A stretch of 64,000 bases of DNA from Candidatus Oxydemutator sp. (GCA_965203445.1 OZ241883.1:32001-96000), one strand, 5' to 3'. Shown: positions 49,888-61,445, counted from the first letter of the stretch. A program made the numbers and translations. Notes: generated by a model not told the origin, from the letters alone.

Positions 49888-50153
49888 CACGTCCCCGCCC
49901 GCCCGGAAGGAAAGATGATCGTGCGGCGTCCGGACGACACCGCCGGCACCAGATAGGCGAAGGTCTTGCCGATTCCGGTGCCGGCCTCGACCACGAGGTC
50001 GTCGCGGCCCGCGACGGCGGCGGCGACCCGCGCCGTCATCTCCAGCTGCTGGCGGCGCTCGCCGTAGCCTTCGATCAGACGCGCGAACGGCCCGCGCACG
50101 GACAGCAGACCGGCGCAGCGGCGCGCGAAATCCTTCGTCGGGGCGTGGTTCAT
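49887..50153 (-). pseudogene. Duplicated 5' stub of yoaA/dinG
   Basis: ~49913-50153 nearly identical to ~48649-48889; truncated after Walker A and joined to the ispF tail (FPSGRAGT). Confidence 0.9.
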
Positions 50154-50176
50154 CGAATTTGGGCAACCCCCTGTTT

Positions 50177-51181
50177 TCATTGCGACCATTGCGATAGTTT
50201 TACCGGATGGATGTACAACGTGCCTTCAGGCCAGTTGGCCAACAACTTCCCGAGCTGCATCCCGTATTGTTCAGCAAGCCGTCTCTGCTCTTCGCTTTCC
50301 CACATTGCCTTTCCCCACGATGAAATGTCTCCTTGCGTAATAATCTCTCCAGGTTCGGCACACATCATCAACGAGGTCGGCAACGCTATTTCCACAAATA
50401 AATTGCCCGAGGCGAAAATCCCGCAGTAGTGAGCGAATTGCCTTATGTGCTTCGAGGATACGATGCAAATATCCGAATAACCAAAAACTAAAGGCACACG
50501 CGGGACAACATCCCGTGGTATTAAATACCAGGCTCGAAACTTCCTTATTAATCGCGCAATAACTTTGACCTTCCCCCTGAACGCTGATCCGCGCCACCCA
50601 CGTTCAACGTGTCCCAATGTTTTCCTAATATCGGTTATATTTTCCCGACCGAGCAACTCAATCCGCAAACGTGGCGCTATCGCGAAATAGGCCGGTATCG
50701 GTTTTATTGCCAACCCCAGATTCTCAAATCTTTTCAGGATCTTATCACGAGTGGGAAAGAGACCTTTCATCTGAAGCCCCTCGCCCCATCCAAAAGCCCT
50801 ATGCGTGTTACCCCAAGAGGCTGCTTCATGCAGAAACCCACATTCGGGAATAAAAGACTTGACTCTGCCACCGCCTAATCCGAAATACTCCGCATAATTC
50901 CCTTCGTTGATCATCGGATTCAACACCAGATCATCCGCGATGAACAGGTAATGCCGATGTTTCTCCGCAAAGTATTGACTGTATCCTTGAGCTATGTGTC
51001 CTTGAAAGTAACCAGAGCTTTCATAAACGGGAATCACGTTCTCACGCCCCCCCTGATAGAAAGGCATCAGGTGATAGATATGGGAAAACCTGCCGCGATA
51101 CAGGTTCTCCAGCTTTTCCACGTTGGCGATATAGCGGTGGTTGTAAATGACAACCAGGCAGACGCTGCCGTTCATCCGCAT
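50177..51181 (-). CDS. Putative glycosyltransferase-like protein, paralog B
   Basis: Same motifs as paralog A; near-identical termini, divergent centre. Confidence 0.6.
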   Translation of the reverse strand: MRMNGSVCLVVIYNHRYIANVEKLENLYRGRFSHIYHLMPFYQGGRENVIPVYESSGYFQGHIAQGYSQYFAEKHRHYLFIADDLVLNPMINEGNYAEYFGLGGGRVKSFIPECGFLHEAASWGNTHRAFGWGEGLQMKGLFPTRDKILKRFENLGLAIKPIPAYFAIAPRLRIELLGRENITDIRKTLGHVERGWRGSAFRGKVKVIARLIRKFRAWYLIPRDVVPRVPLVFGYSDICIVSSKHIRQFAHYCGIFASGNLFVEIALPTSLMMCAEPGEIITQGDISSWGKAMWESEEQRRLAEQYGMQLGKLLANWPEGTLYIHPVKLSQWSQ

Positions 51182-51693
51182 CACGTCCCCGCCCGTCCGG
51201 AAGGAAAATCGGGCGCGCGAATCAGCGCGATGCTGTGCGCGGCGATGCCCTCGCCGCGACCGGCGAAGCCGAGTTTCTCGGTGGTCGTCGCCTTGATGCT
51301 GACGCAATTTTGCGCAAGCGCCAGATCCTCGGCCAGGTTCTTGCGCATTCCGGGGATATGCGGCTGCAACCTCGGTTCCTGCGCGATCAACGTCGAGTCG
51401 AGGTTGACGATTGCAAATCCGGCGTCTTCGAGCATCGCGTGCACTTTGCGCAGCAGCCAGCGGCTGTTGATCGCGCGGTAGGTCTCGTCTTCGTCCGGGA
51501 AATGCACGCCGACGTCGCCGAGCGCGGCGGCGCCCAGCAGCGCGTCGCACACCGAATGGATCAGCACGTCGCCGTCAGAATGCGCCTTCAGCCCGAAGGC
51601 AAACGGAATGCGCACGCCGCCGATGACGATGTGCCGGCCCTCGCCAAAGGCGTGCACGTCGTAGCCGTGCCCGATCCGCAACGTGTCGTTCAT
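51181..51693 (-). CDS. ispF: MECDP synthase
   Basis: RIGHGYDVH, AHSDGDV, KATTTEKLGF.GRGEGIA. Confidence 0.96.
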   Translation of the reverse strand: MNDTLRIGHGYDVHAFGEGRHIVIGGVRIPFAFGLKAHSDGDVLIHSVCDALLGAAALGDVGVHFPDEDETYRAINSRWLLRKVHAMLEDAGFAIVNLDSTLIAQEPRLQPHIPGMRKNLAEDLALAQNCVSIKATTTEKLGFAGRGEGIAAHSIALIRAPDFPSGRAGT

Positions 51694-52385
51694 CGGTCCT
51701 CTCCCGCGCCCAGACTGACTTCCGCGTAACGCAAATCGTCCGGATAAGTGATTTTTACGTTGCCGGCGTCGCCGACGACCGCCTTGACCGGGTGGCCGGC
51801 GCGCTCCATCGCGCCGGCCTCGTCGGTGACCGCGTCGCCGCACGCAACGGCATCCTCCATCGCTGCGCGCAACGGCGCGTAGCGAAACAGCTGCGGCGTC
51901 ACCGCGCGCATGATGCAATCGCGGTCGAGGGTGCGCTCGACGTAGCCGCCCGTGACCTGTTTAAGCGTGTCCGCAATCGGCACGACCAATATTGCACCGC
52001 CCGCGCCGGCGGCCGCGGCCTCGCGCAACAGCCGCTCAAGGTCGGCGGCGCGCAGGCACGGGCGCACGGCATCGTGCACCGCGACCCAGTCGTCGGGCGC
52101 GGCCAAGCCGTCCAGCGCGGCCAGCGCGTTGGCCACCGACTCGGCGCGGCTGCACCCGCCGGTGCATTGCCGCACGCGCGCGTCCCGGGCGAACGCGCTT
52201 CCCGACCAACGGTCGTCTCTGGCCGACAAAGCGACGACCACGGCCTGCATCGCCGGGTGCCCGAGCAGCACCGCGAGACTGCGGTCGAGCACGCTGACGC
52301 CCGCGAGCGGCAGGTATTGCTTGGGCACGCCGCCGTTCATGCGCGCGCCGGCACCGGCCGCCGGCACGACGCCCCAACACTTCAT
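51690..52385 (-). CDS. ispD: MEP cytidylyltransferase
   Basis: PAAGAGARM..PKQY, VHDAVRP, TPQLF, VTDEA, NVKITYPDDL. Confidence 0.95.
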   Translation of the reverse strand: MKCWGVVPAAGAGARMNGGVPKQYLPLAGVSVLDRSLAVLLGHPAMQAVVVALSARDDRWSGSAFARDARVRQCTGGCSRAESVANALAALDGLAAPDDWVAVHDAVRPCLRAADLERLLREAAAAGAGGAILVVPIADTLKQVTGGYVERTLDRDCIMRAVTPQLFRYAPLRAAMEDAVACGDAVTDEAGAMERAGHPVKAVVGDAGNVKITYPDDLRYAEVSLGAGEDR

Positions 52386-52720
52386 TCCTGCTCCTGTCGC
52401 GCCTCGGGCGCGCGCTCGATGACGCGCACGAAAGTCTCGCCGCGCTTGACCATACCCAGGTCCTCGCGCGCCTTTTCCTCGAGCGCACTGACGCCGGTCT
52501 TGACGTCGCGCACCTCGCGCACCAGCGCCCGGTTCTGTTCCTTCAGCGTCTCGTTGACGAGGCGCTCGCGCTCGTTCGACTCGCGCAACCCGAACCACCG
52601 CGACAGGCCGTCGTCGCCCCACAGCGAAAACTGCAACGACGCGAACAGCACCAGCAGCAGCGCCCCCAGGACGCGCACGCCCCAACGCGCGCCGCCGCGC
52701 TTTGCGCGCCGCGCCGTCAC
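52382..52720 (-). CDS. ftsB: Cell division protein FtsB
   Basis: TM, LQFSLWG, coiled coil, LEEKAREDLGMVKRGETF; upstream of ispD. Confidence 0.88.
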   Translation of the reverse strand: MTARRAKRGGARWGVRVLGALLLVLFASLQFSLWGDDGLSRWFGLRESNERERLVNETLKEQNRALVREVRDVKTGVSALEEKAREDLGMVKRGETFVRVIERAPEARQEQE

Positions 52721-53307
52721 CGCGTCTCCAACAGGCGTTCGAGATAGCGCGCGAGCACGTCCACCTCGATGTTGACGCGGTCGCCGGCGACGCGGTCACG
52801 CAAGGTGGTCGCCTCCAACGTGTACGGAATCAGGTTCGTCCAAAAACTGGACGAACCCACGTCGTTGATCGTCAGGCTTACGCCGTCCACGCACACCGCG
52901 CCCTTGCGCGCGAGATAACGCGCAAGCGCCGGCGGAAAACGGATTGCAACGCGCCGCGATCCGCCGTCGGCGACGACGCTTGTGATTTCACCCACGCCGT
53001 CCACGTGGCCGCTGACGAAATGGCCGTCGAGTCGGGCCGACGCCTGCAACGCGGGCTCGAGATTGACCGCGTCGCCGATCTCGAGACCACCGAGCGTCGT
53101 GCACGACAGCGTCTCGGACGACACGTCGGAGGCAAAACCGCGGCCGTTGCGCGCGGCGACGGTCAGACAGACGCCGTTGACCGCAATGCTGGCGCCGGCG
53201 CGGGCGGCTACGAGGCCGGCGTCCGGCTCGACGTGCAGGCGGCGGTCGCGGCCGCCGTCGCCGACCGCCACAACCCGCCCCGTCGCGCGCACGATGCCGC
53301 TGAACAT
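52717..53307 (-). CDS. ribE: Riboflavin synthase (alpha type)
   Basis: MFSGIV, SIAVNGVCLTV, GHFVSGHVD, DGVSLT, VNIEVD (ribC in E. coli nomenclature). Confidence 0.93.
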   Translation of the reverse strand: MFSGIVRATGRVVAVGDGGRDRRLHVEPDAGLVAARAGASIAVNGVCLTVAARNGRGFASDVSSETLSCTTLGGLEIGDAVNLEPALQASARLDGHFVSGHVDGVGEITSVVADGGSRRVAIRFPPALARYLARKGAVCVDGVSLTINDVGSSSFWTNLIPYTLEATTLRDRVAGDRVNIEVDVLARYLERLLETR

Positions 53308-53310
53308 CGC

Positions 53311-53937
53311 CTACCCGACGCGCCTTTTGCGCACGGACGCCTTCCTGCGCGACGCGGCGGCGGCCTCGGCGGCGAGAGCGACCGAATACAAGGTCATCGG
53401 CAACCCGCTCGCGTTGTCGAACTCGGCGGCCGCGGCCACGCCGACGCGCGCGATCTCCTCGGCCTCGTCGCAGCGCTCATAGACGCCGAACATCGCGCCC
53501 AACGCGAACTCGCTGCCGGCGCCGATGGCCCAGAACTTCGAGTACTCGAAGACCTCGCGCAGCGAGAACACCGAAAATACACCGTGGCGGTTGACGATCA
53601 GCGCGTCTATGCGGCTCGATTCGTACGGCGTGTCGTCGTCCTCCTTCGGGTTCAGGTAATAGCGCTCCTTCAACAGCGGGTGGATGCGGCGAAACGACTC
53701 GAAAATCGCCATGCGCGAACTGAAGTCGTAGTCGCCGCCGGCGTCGGCCAGCAGGCTTCTGACGACCGCGTCGTGGGCGGCGCTGCCGACGAGGCCGACG
53801 TGGCTGCCGGCGTACTCGAAAATCTTGTCGTGCGACAACTCATAGGCGCTGCTCTGCTTGACGTCGCCGAAGCTGGTCAGCGTGTCGGCGGCGATGCAGG
53901 CGCGGCCACCCTTGCGCACGACGACTATCGTGGACAC
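53311..53937 (-). CDS. Proteasome/HslV-like Ntn hydrolase (BPH-like)
   Basis: MSTIVVVRK..IAADT, KIF, GLVG, WAIGAGSEFALGAM, AAAEFD. Confidence 0.75.
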   Translation of the reverse strand: MSTIVVVRKGGRACIAADTLTSFGDVKQSSAYELSHDKIFEYAGSHVGLVGSAAHDAVVRSLLADAGGDYDFSSRMAIFESFRRIHPLLKERYYLNPKEDDDTPYESSRIDALIVNRHGVFSVFSLREVFEYSKFWAIGAGSEFALGAMFGVYERCDEAEEIARVGVAAAAEFDNASGLPMTLYSVALAAEAAAASRRKASVRKRRVG

Positions 53938-55058
53938 GGTTCCGCCAGTATTCTGAGATCGTTTCCCATCATGCGCACGTCGCGGTAGCGGAACTCCTCC
54001 CGCCGCCCGATACTTTCAATGATACCGTCGAAGCGCGCAAGTCCCCTGCCGGCGTGCCCCAACAGGTGCGGCGCGACGTACAACAGCAGTTCGTCGCAGA
54101 GCCTGGCCTCGATCAGCGCACCGGCCAGCACCGCGCCGCTCTCGACCTGCACTTCGTTGATCGCGAAGCGCGCGGCCAGCGTTTCGAGCAACGCCGCCAG
54201 CGGCACGCGACGTTTATCCGTATCGAACGCGAGCACCTCGACGCCGCGCTCCCGAAACGCGCGCACGCGCCCACCGTCGGCGCGACACGCGGCGACCACG
54301 GCTTTGCCCGCGCACGCATAGACGTTCGCCGTCGGCTTCGTCTTCAGGTCGCCGTCTATGACTACGCGCAACGGCTGGCGCACTTCGCCGGTTCCCATGC
54401 CGAGACCGAGGTCGGAAGCGGTCAAGCGTACGTTCAGACGCGGATCGTCGTGGTTCACGGTGCCGCTGCCGGCCACCAACGCGCCGCTCCGCGCGCGCCA
54501 GAACTGCACGTCGCGTCGCGCCGCCTCGCCGCTGATCCAGGCGCTTTCCCCCGACGCCAGCGCGGTGCGCCCATCGAGGCTGATCGCCGACTTGACGCGC
54601 ACCCACGGACGCCCGCGCGTCATGCGCGATACGAAACCGCGGTTCAGGCGCCCGGCCTCATCGCCCAGCAGACCGCACTCGACGGCGACACCGGCCGCGG
54701 CCAGCGCCGCGACGCCGGCACCGTTGACTCGCGGGTTCGGATCGCGCATCGCCGCGACCACGCGTGCGACGCCGGCCTCGATCAGCGCGTCGCTGCACGG
54801 CGGCGTCCTCCCCTGGTGCGAACACGGTTCGAGCGTCAGGTACGCGGTGGCGCCGCGCGCCGCTGCGCCGGCGTCGTGCAACGCGGCAATCTCGGCGTGC
54901 GCGCCGCCGGCGCGGGCGTGAAACCCCCGCCCGACGATACGTCCGCCGTGATCGTCGGGCCGCACGATGACGCAGCCGACGCTCGGATTGGGGTGTGCGG
55001 TGTACAGCCCGCGCCGCGCCAACGCCAGCGCCTTGCACATGAAATAGGCGTCGTTCAT
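53925..55058 (-). CDS. ribD: Riboflavin biosynthesis deaminase/reductase
   Basis: PNPSVGC, HAE, TLEPCSH.GRTPPC, SLDGRTA, DDPRLNVR. Confidence 0.95.
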   Translation of the reverse strand: MNDAYFMCKALALARRGLYTAHPNPSVGCVIVRPDDHGGRIVGRGFHARAGGAHAEIAALHDAGAAARGATAYLTLEPCSHQGRTPPCSDALIEAGVARVVAAMRDPNPRVNGAGVAALAAAGVAVECGLLGDEAGRLNRGFVSRMTRGRPWVRVKSAISLDGRTALASGESAWISGEAARRDVQFWRARSGALVAGSGTVNHDDPRLNVRLTASDLGLGMGTGEVRQPLRVVIDGDLKTKPTANVYACAGKAVVAACRADGGRVRAFRERGVEVLAFDTDKRRVPLAALLETLAARFAINEVQVESGAVLAGALIEARLCDELLLYVAPHLLGHAGRGLARFDGIIESIGRREEFRYRDVRMMGNDLRILAEPCPR

Positions 55059-55639
55059 CGCCCCGCCGCGACGCCCTCCCCGCTATTGCCCCCGTCGCGG
55101 TCCCCGCCGTGGCTCCCGCCGTCACCCTTGCCGTCGCCCTCGCCGTCGAGTGCGAGCGGCAGCTGCCCGTCGTCGGCTTTGCCGGCGGCGGGCCTGCCGA
55201 TGCCGTCCACCAGTTCGCGGAACGCGCCGGCGTCCTGAAAATTCCTGTAGACCGACGCAAAACGCACGTAGGCTACGGTGTCTAGTTTTTCCAGCTTGCG
55301 CATCACCATCTGACCGATACGCCGCGACCCGACCTCGCGCTTTCTGACCGACATCAAGCTGAGTTCGACGGCCTTGACGAGTTCGTCCAACGTGCCCTCG
55401 GCGACCGGTCTTTTGGTCGTCGCCAGTTCCAGGCTGCGCCGCAGTTTGTCGGCGTCGAACGGTTCGCGGCGCCCGTCGCGCTTGACGACCTTGGGAGCGG
55501 TCGGGTGCAGCGTTTCGTACGTCGTGAAGCGTTTGCGGCAATCGCGGCACTCGCGCCGGCGTCGGATAGCGGTGCCGTCGGAAACCGGGCGCGTGTCGGT
55601 GACCTCGGCCTTCGGGGCGCCGCAGAACGGGCAGTTCAC
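55055..55639 (-). CDS. nrdR: Transcriptional repressor NrdR
   Basis: CPFC..DTR..IRRRREC..C.KRFTTYE, ATP cone, VAYVRFASVY; Gly/Asp-rich tail. Confidence 0.95.
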   Translation of the reverse strand: MNCPFCGAPKAEVTDTRPVSDGTAIRRRRECRDCRKRFTTYETLHPTAPKVVKRDGRREPFDADKLRRSLELATTKRPVAEGTLDELVKAVELSLMSVRKREVGSRRIGQMVMRKLEKLDTVAYVRFASVYRNFQDAGAFRELVDGIGRPAAGKADDGQLPLALDGEGDGKGDGGSHGGDRDGGNSGEGVAAGR

Positions 55640-55664
55640 TGTACGCGGGACGCGCGCGGGCTCC

Positions 55665-56918
55665 TCAGTCGCCGTACACCGGAAACTTGCGGCACAACTC
55701 GAGAACCTGGGCCTTGACGGCGGCGATTGTGGCCTCGTTTTCAAGATCGTCCAGCACGTCGCACACGAGGTTCGTAAGGTGCGCGGTTTCCTCGTTGCCG
55801 AAGCCGCGCGTCGTGATCGCCGGCGTTCCCAGGCGCAGCCCGCTGGTCACAAAAGGCGACTTCGGATCGTTCGGCACGCTGTTCTTGTTGACCGTGACGT
55901 TGGCGCGCCCGAGGGCGGCGTCCGCGGCCTTGCCAGTCACATCTCTCGAGATCAGACTGACCAACATCAGGTGGTTGTCGGTGCCGCCCGACACGATCTC
56001 GTAGCCGCGCTCGATCATCGTGTTCGCCATGACCGCGGCGTTGCTCTTGACCAGGCGGATGTAGTCCCGGAAGTCGGCCTGCATCGCCTCCTTGAACGCG
56101 ACCGCCTTGGCCGCGATGACGTGCATCAGCGGGCCGCCCTGCATTCCGGGGAACACCATCGAATTGATTTTTTTCTCGATCTCTTCGTTGCGCTTGCAGA
56201 CGATGAAGCCGCTGCGCGGGCCGCGCAAGGTCTTGTGCGTGGTCGAAGTCACGACGTCGGCGTGCGCCACCGGGTTGGGGTATTCGCCGGCGGCGACCAA
56301 GCCCGACACGTGCGCCATGTCCACCACCAGCCAGGCGCCGACTTTGGCGGCGATCGCGGCCATGCGCTCCCAGTCCACGATGCGCGAGTACGCCGAGAAG
56401 CCGGCGATGATCATCTTCGGTTTGCACGCGAGCGCCTGGCGCTCGATCTCGTCATAGACGAGCAGGCCGTCCTCGTTCACGCCGTACTGCTCGGCGTTGA
56501 AGATCTGGCCCGAGAAATTGACCTGGGAACCGTGCGTCAGATGGCCGCCGTCGGCGAGACTCATGCCCATAATCACGTCGCCCGGCTGGCACAGCGCCAG
56601 ATAGACCGCGGCGTTGGCCTGCGAACCCGAGTGCGGCTGGACGTTGGCGTAGTCGGCGCCGTAGAGTTCCTTCAGCCGTTCGATTGCCAGCTGCTCGGCG
56701 ACGTCGACGTTGTCGCAGCCGCCGTAGTAGCGCTTGCCGGGGTAACCTTCGGCGTACTTGTTGGTCAGCACCGATCCCTGCGCCTCGAGCACGCGCGGGC
56801 TGGTGTAGTTCTCGGACGCGATCAACTCGACGTGTTCCTCCTGGCGCCTGCGCTCGGCTTCGAGCGCGATGCCCAGTTCGGGATCGAAATCCGCGATTTT
56901 CATGCTGCGGTCGAACAT
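55665..56918 (-). CDS. glyA: Serine hydroxymethyltransferase
   Basis: [39 protein letters not shown]. Confidence 0.97.
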   Translation of the reverse strand: MFDRSMKIADFDPELGIALEAERRRQEEHVELIASENYTSPRVLEAQGSVLTNKYAEGYPGKRYYGGCDNVDVAEQLAIERLKELYGADYANVQPHSGSQANAAVYLALCQPGDVIMGMSLADGGHLTHGSQVNFSGQIFNAEQYGVNEDGLLVYDEIERQALACKPKMIIAGFSAYSRIVDWERMAAIAAKVGAWLVVDMAHVSGLVAAGEYPNPVAHADVVTSTTHKTLRGPRSGFIVCKRNEEIEKKINSMVFPGMQGGPLMHVIAAKAVAFKEAMQADFRDYIRLVKSNAAVMANTMIERGYEIVSGGTDNHLMLVSLISRDVTGKAADAALGRANVTVNKNSVPNDPKSPFVTSGLRLGTPAITTRGFGNEETAHLTNLVCDVLDDLENEATIAAVKAQVLELCRKFPVYGD

Positions 56919-56989
56919 GCCTGCTCCTTCGGGTGGGTGAAAACGGCCGATTATACCTTGAGAGGGGCCGGCGCACCGTCGCCGCGGTC

Positions 56990-58108
<1,119 letters not shown>

Positions 58109-59542
58109 GGGACGCCCTGCCGACGTGCTCCTCAGGGAAGTAATTCTTGAAATGGGTGTATTTGCCGATGAAGGTCAGCTTGCTCTTAAACGTCGGGCCG
58201 TTGCGCTGCTTGACGACCTCGACGTTGATGACGCCGCTGTTTTCGTCCTCGCCGCGCTCGTCGCCCCGGTAGAGCACGGCGATCAGGTCGGCGTCCTGTT
58301 CGAGCGCGCCGGACTCGCGCAGGTCGGACATCTGCGGTTTTTTCTCGGGGCGGCTCTCGATGTTGCGATTCAACTGCGACAGCGCGACGACCGGCAGGTT
58401 CACTTCCCTCGCCAGCGCCTTCAGCGCGCGCGAGATCTCGGAAATCTCGACGGCGCGGTTTTCGACCGAGTTGCGCGAGCGCATCAGCTGCAAATAATCC
58501 ACGACGACCAGCGCCAGGTCGCGGTGTTCGCGGTGCAGGCGGCGCACGCGCGCGCGCACCTCGGTCGGCGTCAGGCTCGGGCTGTCGTCCACGTAAATGC
58601 CGACGTCGGAGAAGCGCGTGTACCACTCGGTCAGCCGCGCCCATTCCTCATCCGCGAGCCTGCCGGTGCGCAGGTGCATCTGGTCTATCCGGCCGAGCGA
58701 CGAATACAGGCGCGTCGCGATCTGGTGCGCCGGCATCTCCATGCTGAAGATCGCGACCGTGCCGCACCGCTGGCGGACCGCGGCGTGTTCGGCGACGTTC
58801 AGCGCGAAACTGGTCTTGCCCATGGACGGGCGCCCGGCGACGATCACCAGATCGCCGGCTTGCAGGCCGCTGGTCTTCTCGTCGAATTCGGTGAAGCCGG
58901 TGGCCACGCCGGTGATCGCGCCGGGCGATTTGCGGCGCTCGTCCACCTGCTCATAGACCAGCTTGCCAAGATGATGCAGTGGCTGAAATTCCGCCGACTT
59001 GCGCGCGACGCGGTCGGCCAGGCCGAAGACGCGCTGTTCGGCGCGGTCGAGCAGTTCGCTGCTGCCCTCGCCGGTGCTCGCGTGCGCGTCCTCGATGATC
59101 TCGGTCGCCTCCTTGATCAGGCGGCGACGCATCGCGTTCTCGTGCACGATGCGCGCGTAGGCGGCGATGTTGGCCGAGCCTGGCACCTCGCCGGCGAGTT
59201 CCGACAAATACGACAGCGTCTTGTCGCCGCCGGCCTGCTTGTCGCCCCTCAGACGGTCGGCGACGGTGACCACGTCGCACGGCTGCCCGGCCTCGGCGAG
59301 ATCGCTTACGACGCGAAACAGCTCGCGGTTCTGCCGCGAGTAGAAATCCTCCTCCGACAGAACGTCGGAGACCTTGTCCCAGGCCTCGTCGTCCAGCAAC
59401 AGCCCGCCGATGACGGCCTGCTCGGCCTCGACGGAATGAGGCGGCACGCGCATGGCCGCGACCTCGCCGCCGTTGCGCGCGGGTTCCGACAACGCCGCCA
59501 CCGCCGTCTATCCTATGGTGCCCTCGGCCGACGCGACGCGGC

Positions 59543-60013
59543 CTACTCCCGGCCGCTCTCGCCGCCCGCGCCGGCTATCGTCAGGCGGACGACCGCGTTG
59601 ACGTCGGCGTGCAGGTGCAGTTCCACCGGGTACTCGCCCAGCTCGCGGAACACGCCGTCCGGCAGGCGCACTTCCGACTTGGCGACGTCCACGCCGCAGG
59701 TCCTCGACACCGCGGCGGCGATCTCGGCGGTGCCGACCGAACCGAACATCTTGCCCTCCGCGCCGACCTCTACGGTGACCACGACCGCGGCGTCGTTCAC
59801 CTTGGCCGCGCGCTCCTCGGCCTTGGCGCGCTCCTCGCGCATCTGCTGCTCGAGCTCGGCCTTGCGGCGCTCGACTTTGGCGACGTTTTCCTCGGTCGCA
59901 GGCTCGGCCTTGCCCGACGGGATCAGGTAGTTGCGGGCGTAGCCCGGGCGCGTCCTGACGACGTCGCCCACGTCGCCCAGTTTCTCGACTTTGTCGAGCA
60001 ATATGATTTCCAC
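59543..60013 (-). CDS. rplI: 50S ribosomal protein L9
   Basis: VEIILLDKVEKLG, GYARNYLIP, GKMFGSVG. Confidence 0.95.
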   Translation of the reverse strand: MEIILLDKVEKLGDVGDVVRTRPGYARNYLIPSGKAEPATEENVAKVERRKAELEQQMREERAKAEERAAKVNDAAVVVTVEVGAEGKMFGSVGTAEIAAAVSRTCGVDVAKSEVRLPDGVFRELGEYPVELHLHADVNAVVRLTIAGAGGESGRE

Positions 60014-60023
60014 GTCGTCCTCT

Positions 60024-60935
60024 TCAGTCGTTTTCTCGTTCGCCGCCGGCGCGCGCCGAAAGACGGCGCAAACCGAACAGGCTGTCACTCCATCCCAGCA
60101 CCACCACCGCAAGCAGCAGCAGCGGCTCGAAGACGGACAGCGCCAGCAGCACGTAGAAGACGCGGTGCCACAGCCGCCCGCGCGCAAGGCCGGCAAGCCA
60201 GCCGTGCACCACGGCCACACCCTGCAGCAGGAACAACGGCATCATGACCAGCGCCAGCTGCCGCAACACCGGCGCCTCGGCCGGCACCGAGACAACCGCC
60301 GTCGCAATTCCCAGAACCGCAACTCCCCTGCCGACGCCAAGCGACGTGAACTCGTCCCTGAAGCACCCCGGCGCGTCCAGCAGCGACTGCCACCAGCGCC
60401 CCAATAATAACATCAACGACCAGATCAGCAGCAGCGACGACAGCGCGATGCCGTTCATCAGGGGCGCCATCGCAAGCAACGCGGCCGTCACGGGGTCGCC
60501 GACGCCAAGCAGGCGCGCGTAGCCGAGCAGCGCCTCGCGCCACCAATCCTCGACACCGGGTAGCTGCGCCATCACGACCACCGCCGCCGCCGTCACCGCC
60601 GAGGCCGCGACCAGCGGCCGCGACGGCGAGCGGCAACGCCGCAGCAGCGCGGCCAGCGGCAGCAGCGGCAGCCACTGCAACAGCGACACACCGACAATCG
60701 GCGGCAGGCCGCCGCGAAAACCATGCAGCAGGTAGAACAATACCGCCAGCACCGCGCACGCGCCCGCGACCACCCCGGCGGCGCGACGCCAGTCGAGCGC
60801 CAGCGCAAGCAACGCGACGCAGCCGCCGGCGAGAATACCGACGACCGGCAACAGCACCGACAACAGCGCAAAACCGAGCACCGCGGCCAACGCCTGCGGA
60901 TAGCCCGTCATGACGAAGGCGGCGATCTTTCTCAT
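60024..60935 (-). CDS. DUF2232/YybS-like membrane protein
   Basis: Multiple TMs, GRWWQSLL..PG.FRDEF, QGVAVVH; usual position before rplI. Confidence 0.8.
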   Translation of the reverse strand: MRKIAAFVMTGYPQALAAVLGFALLSVLLPVVGILAGGCVALLALALDWRRAAGVVAGACAVLAVLFYLLHGFRGGLPPIVGVSLLQWLPLLPLAALLRRCRSPSRPLVAASAVTAAAVVVMAQLPGVEDWWREALLGYARLLGVGDPVTAALLAMAPLMNGIALSSLLLIWSLMLLLGRWWQSLLDAPGCFRDEFTSLGVGRGVAVLGIATAVVSVPAEAPVLRQLALVMMPLFLLQGVAVVHGWLAGLARGRLWHRVFYVLLALSVFEPLLLLAVVVLGWSDSLFGLRRLSARAGGEREND

Positions 60936-61034
60936 GACCAGGAGCAGGTTGAAGACGTCGGGCGCCCCCGTTCGGGAGCGCCCGTATATGGAAACGCCCT
61001 GAGCGAGGGTTCGGGTCGCCGCTACTTACCGAGG

Positions 61035-61445
61035 TTACAGCCGTCCGGTGGCATGGGCGCCGACGACCGCGGCCCCCGTTGCGAGCGCGCTGGCCCCGGC
61101 CCCGACCGCGGTAAGGGCGCCGCCGATCGCGAACAGTATCGTGACGATAATCTCGCCGCCGGAAATGGCCCGCAACTGTTCGTCGGTCAAATCGGAAAAG
61201 GATCTGTCGAAGCTATCGTAACAAGGCAACGCGACGTGCACGGTGTCCGCGGTATTCTGCACCAGGCGCACGTTCATCCCGTCCGCCAGCAAAACGCCTC
61301 TGTCGGCGAACGTCTTTCTGACGTCCTTTTGCAACTCCGCACGGAAGTTTTCGTCGCGACGGCAAGTATCGGCGAGCAGCGCCGCGGCCACCTCGTTCAT
61401 CGCCGGAATTCGAGTTGTTGTTGATTCGGGTTGTTGATTTGGCAT
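61035..61445 (-). CDS. NHLP (nitrile-hydratase-like leader) RiPP precursor, proteusin-like
   Basis: DENFRAELQKD, VRLVQNTADTVHVALP, LTDEQLRAISGG double-Gly site, then 39-aa hydrophobic core; GAGGTG SD. Confidence 0.85.
   Translation of the reverse strand: MPNQQPESTTTRIPAMNEVAAALLADTCRRDENFRAELQKDVRKTFADRGVLLADGMNVRLVQNTADTVHVALPCYDSFDRSFSDLTDEQLRAISGGEIIVTILFAIGGALTAVGAGASALATGAAVVGAHATGRL

Noticed and set aside
48913-51550. Long N-terminal extensions in ORF calls 48913-50166 and 50177-51550
   Set aside because: The extensions are alternate frames of the yoaA stub and ispF; paralog similarity begins at MQMSGSV/MRMNGSV.
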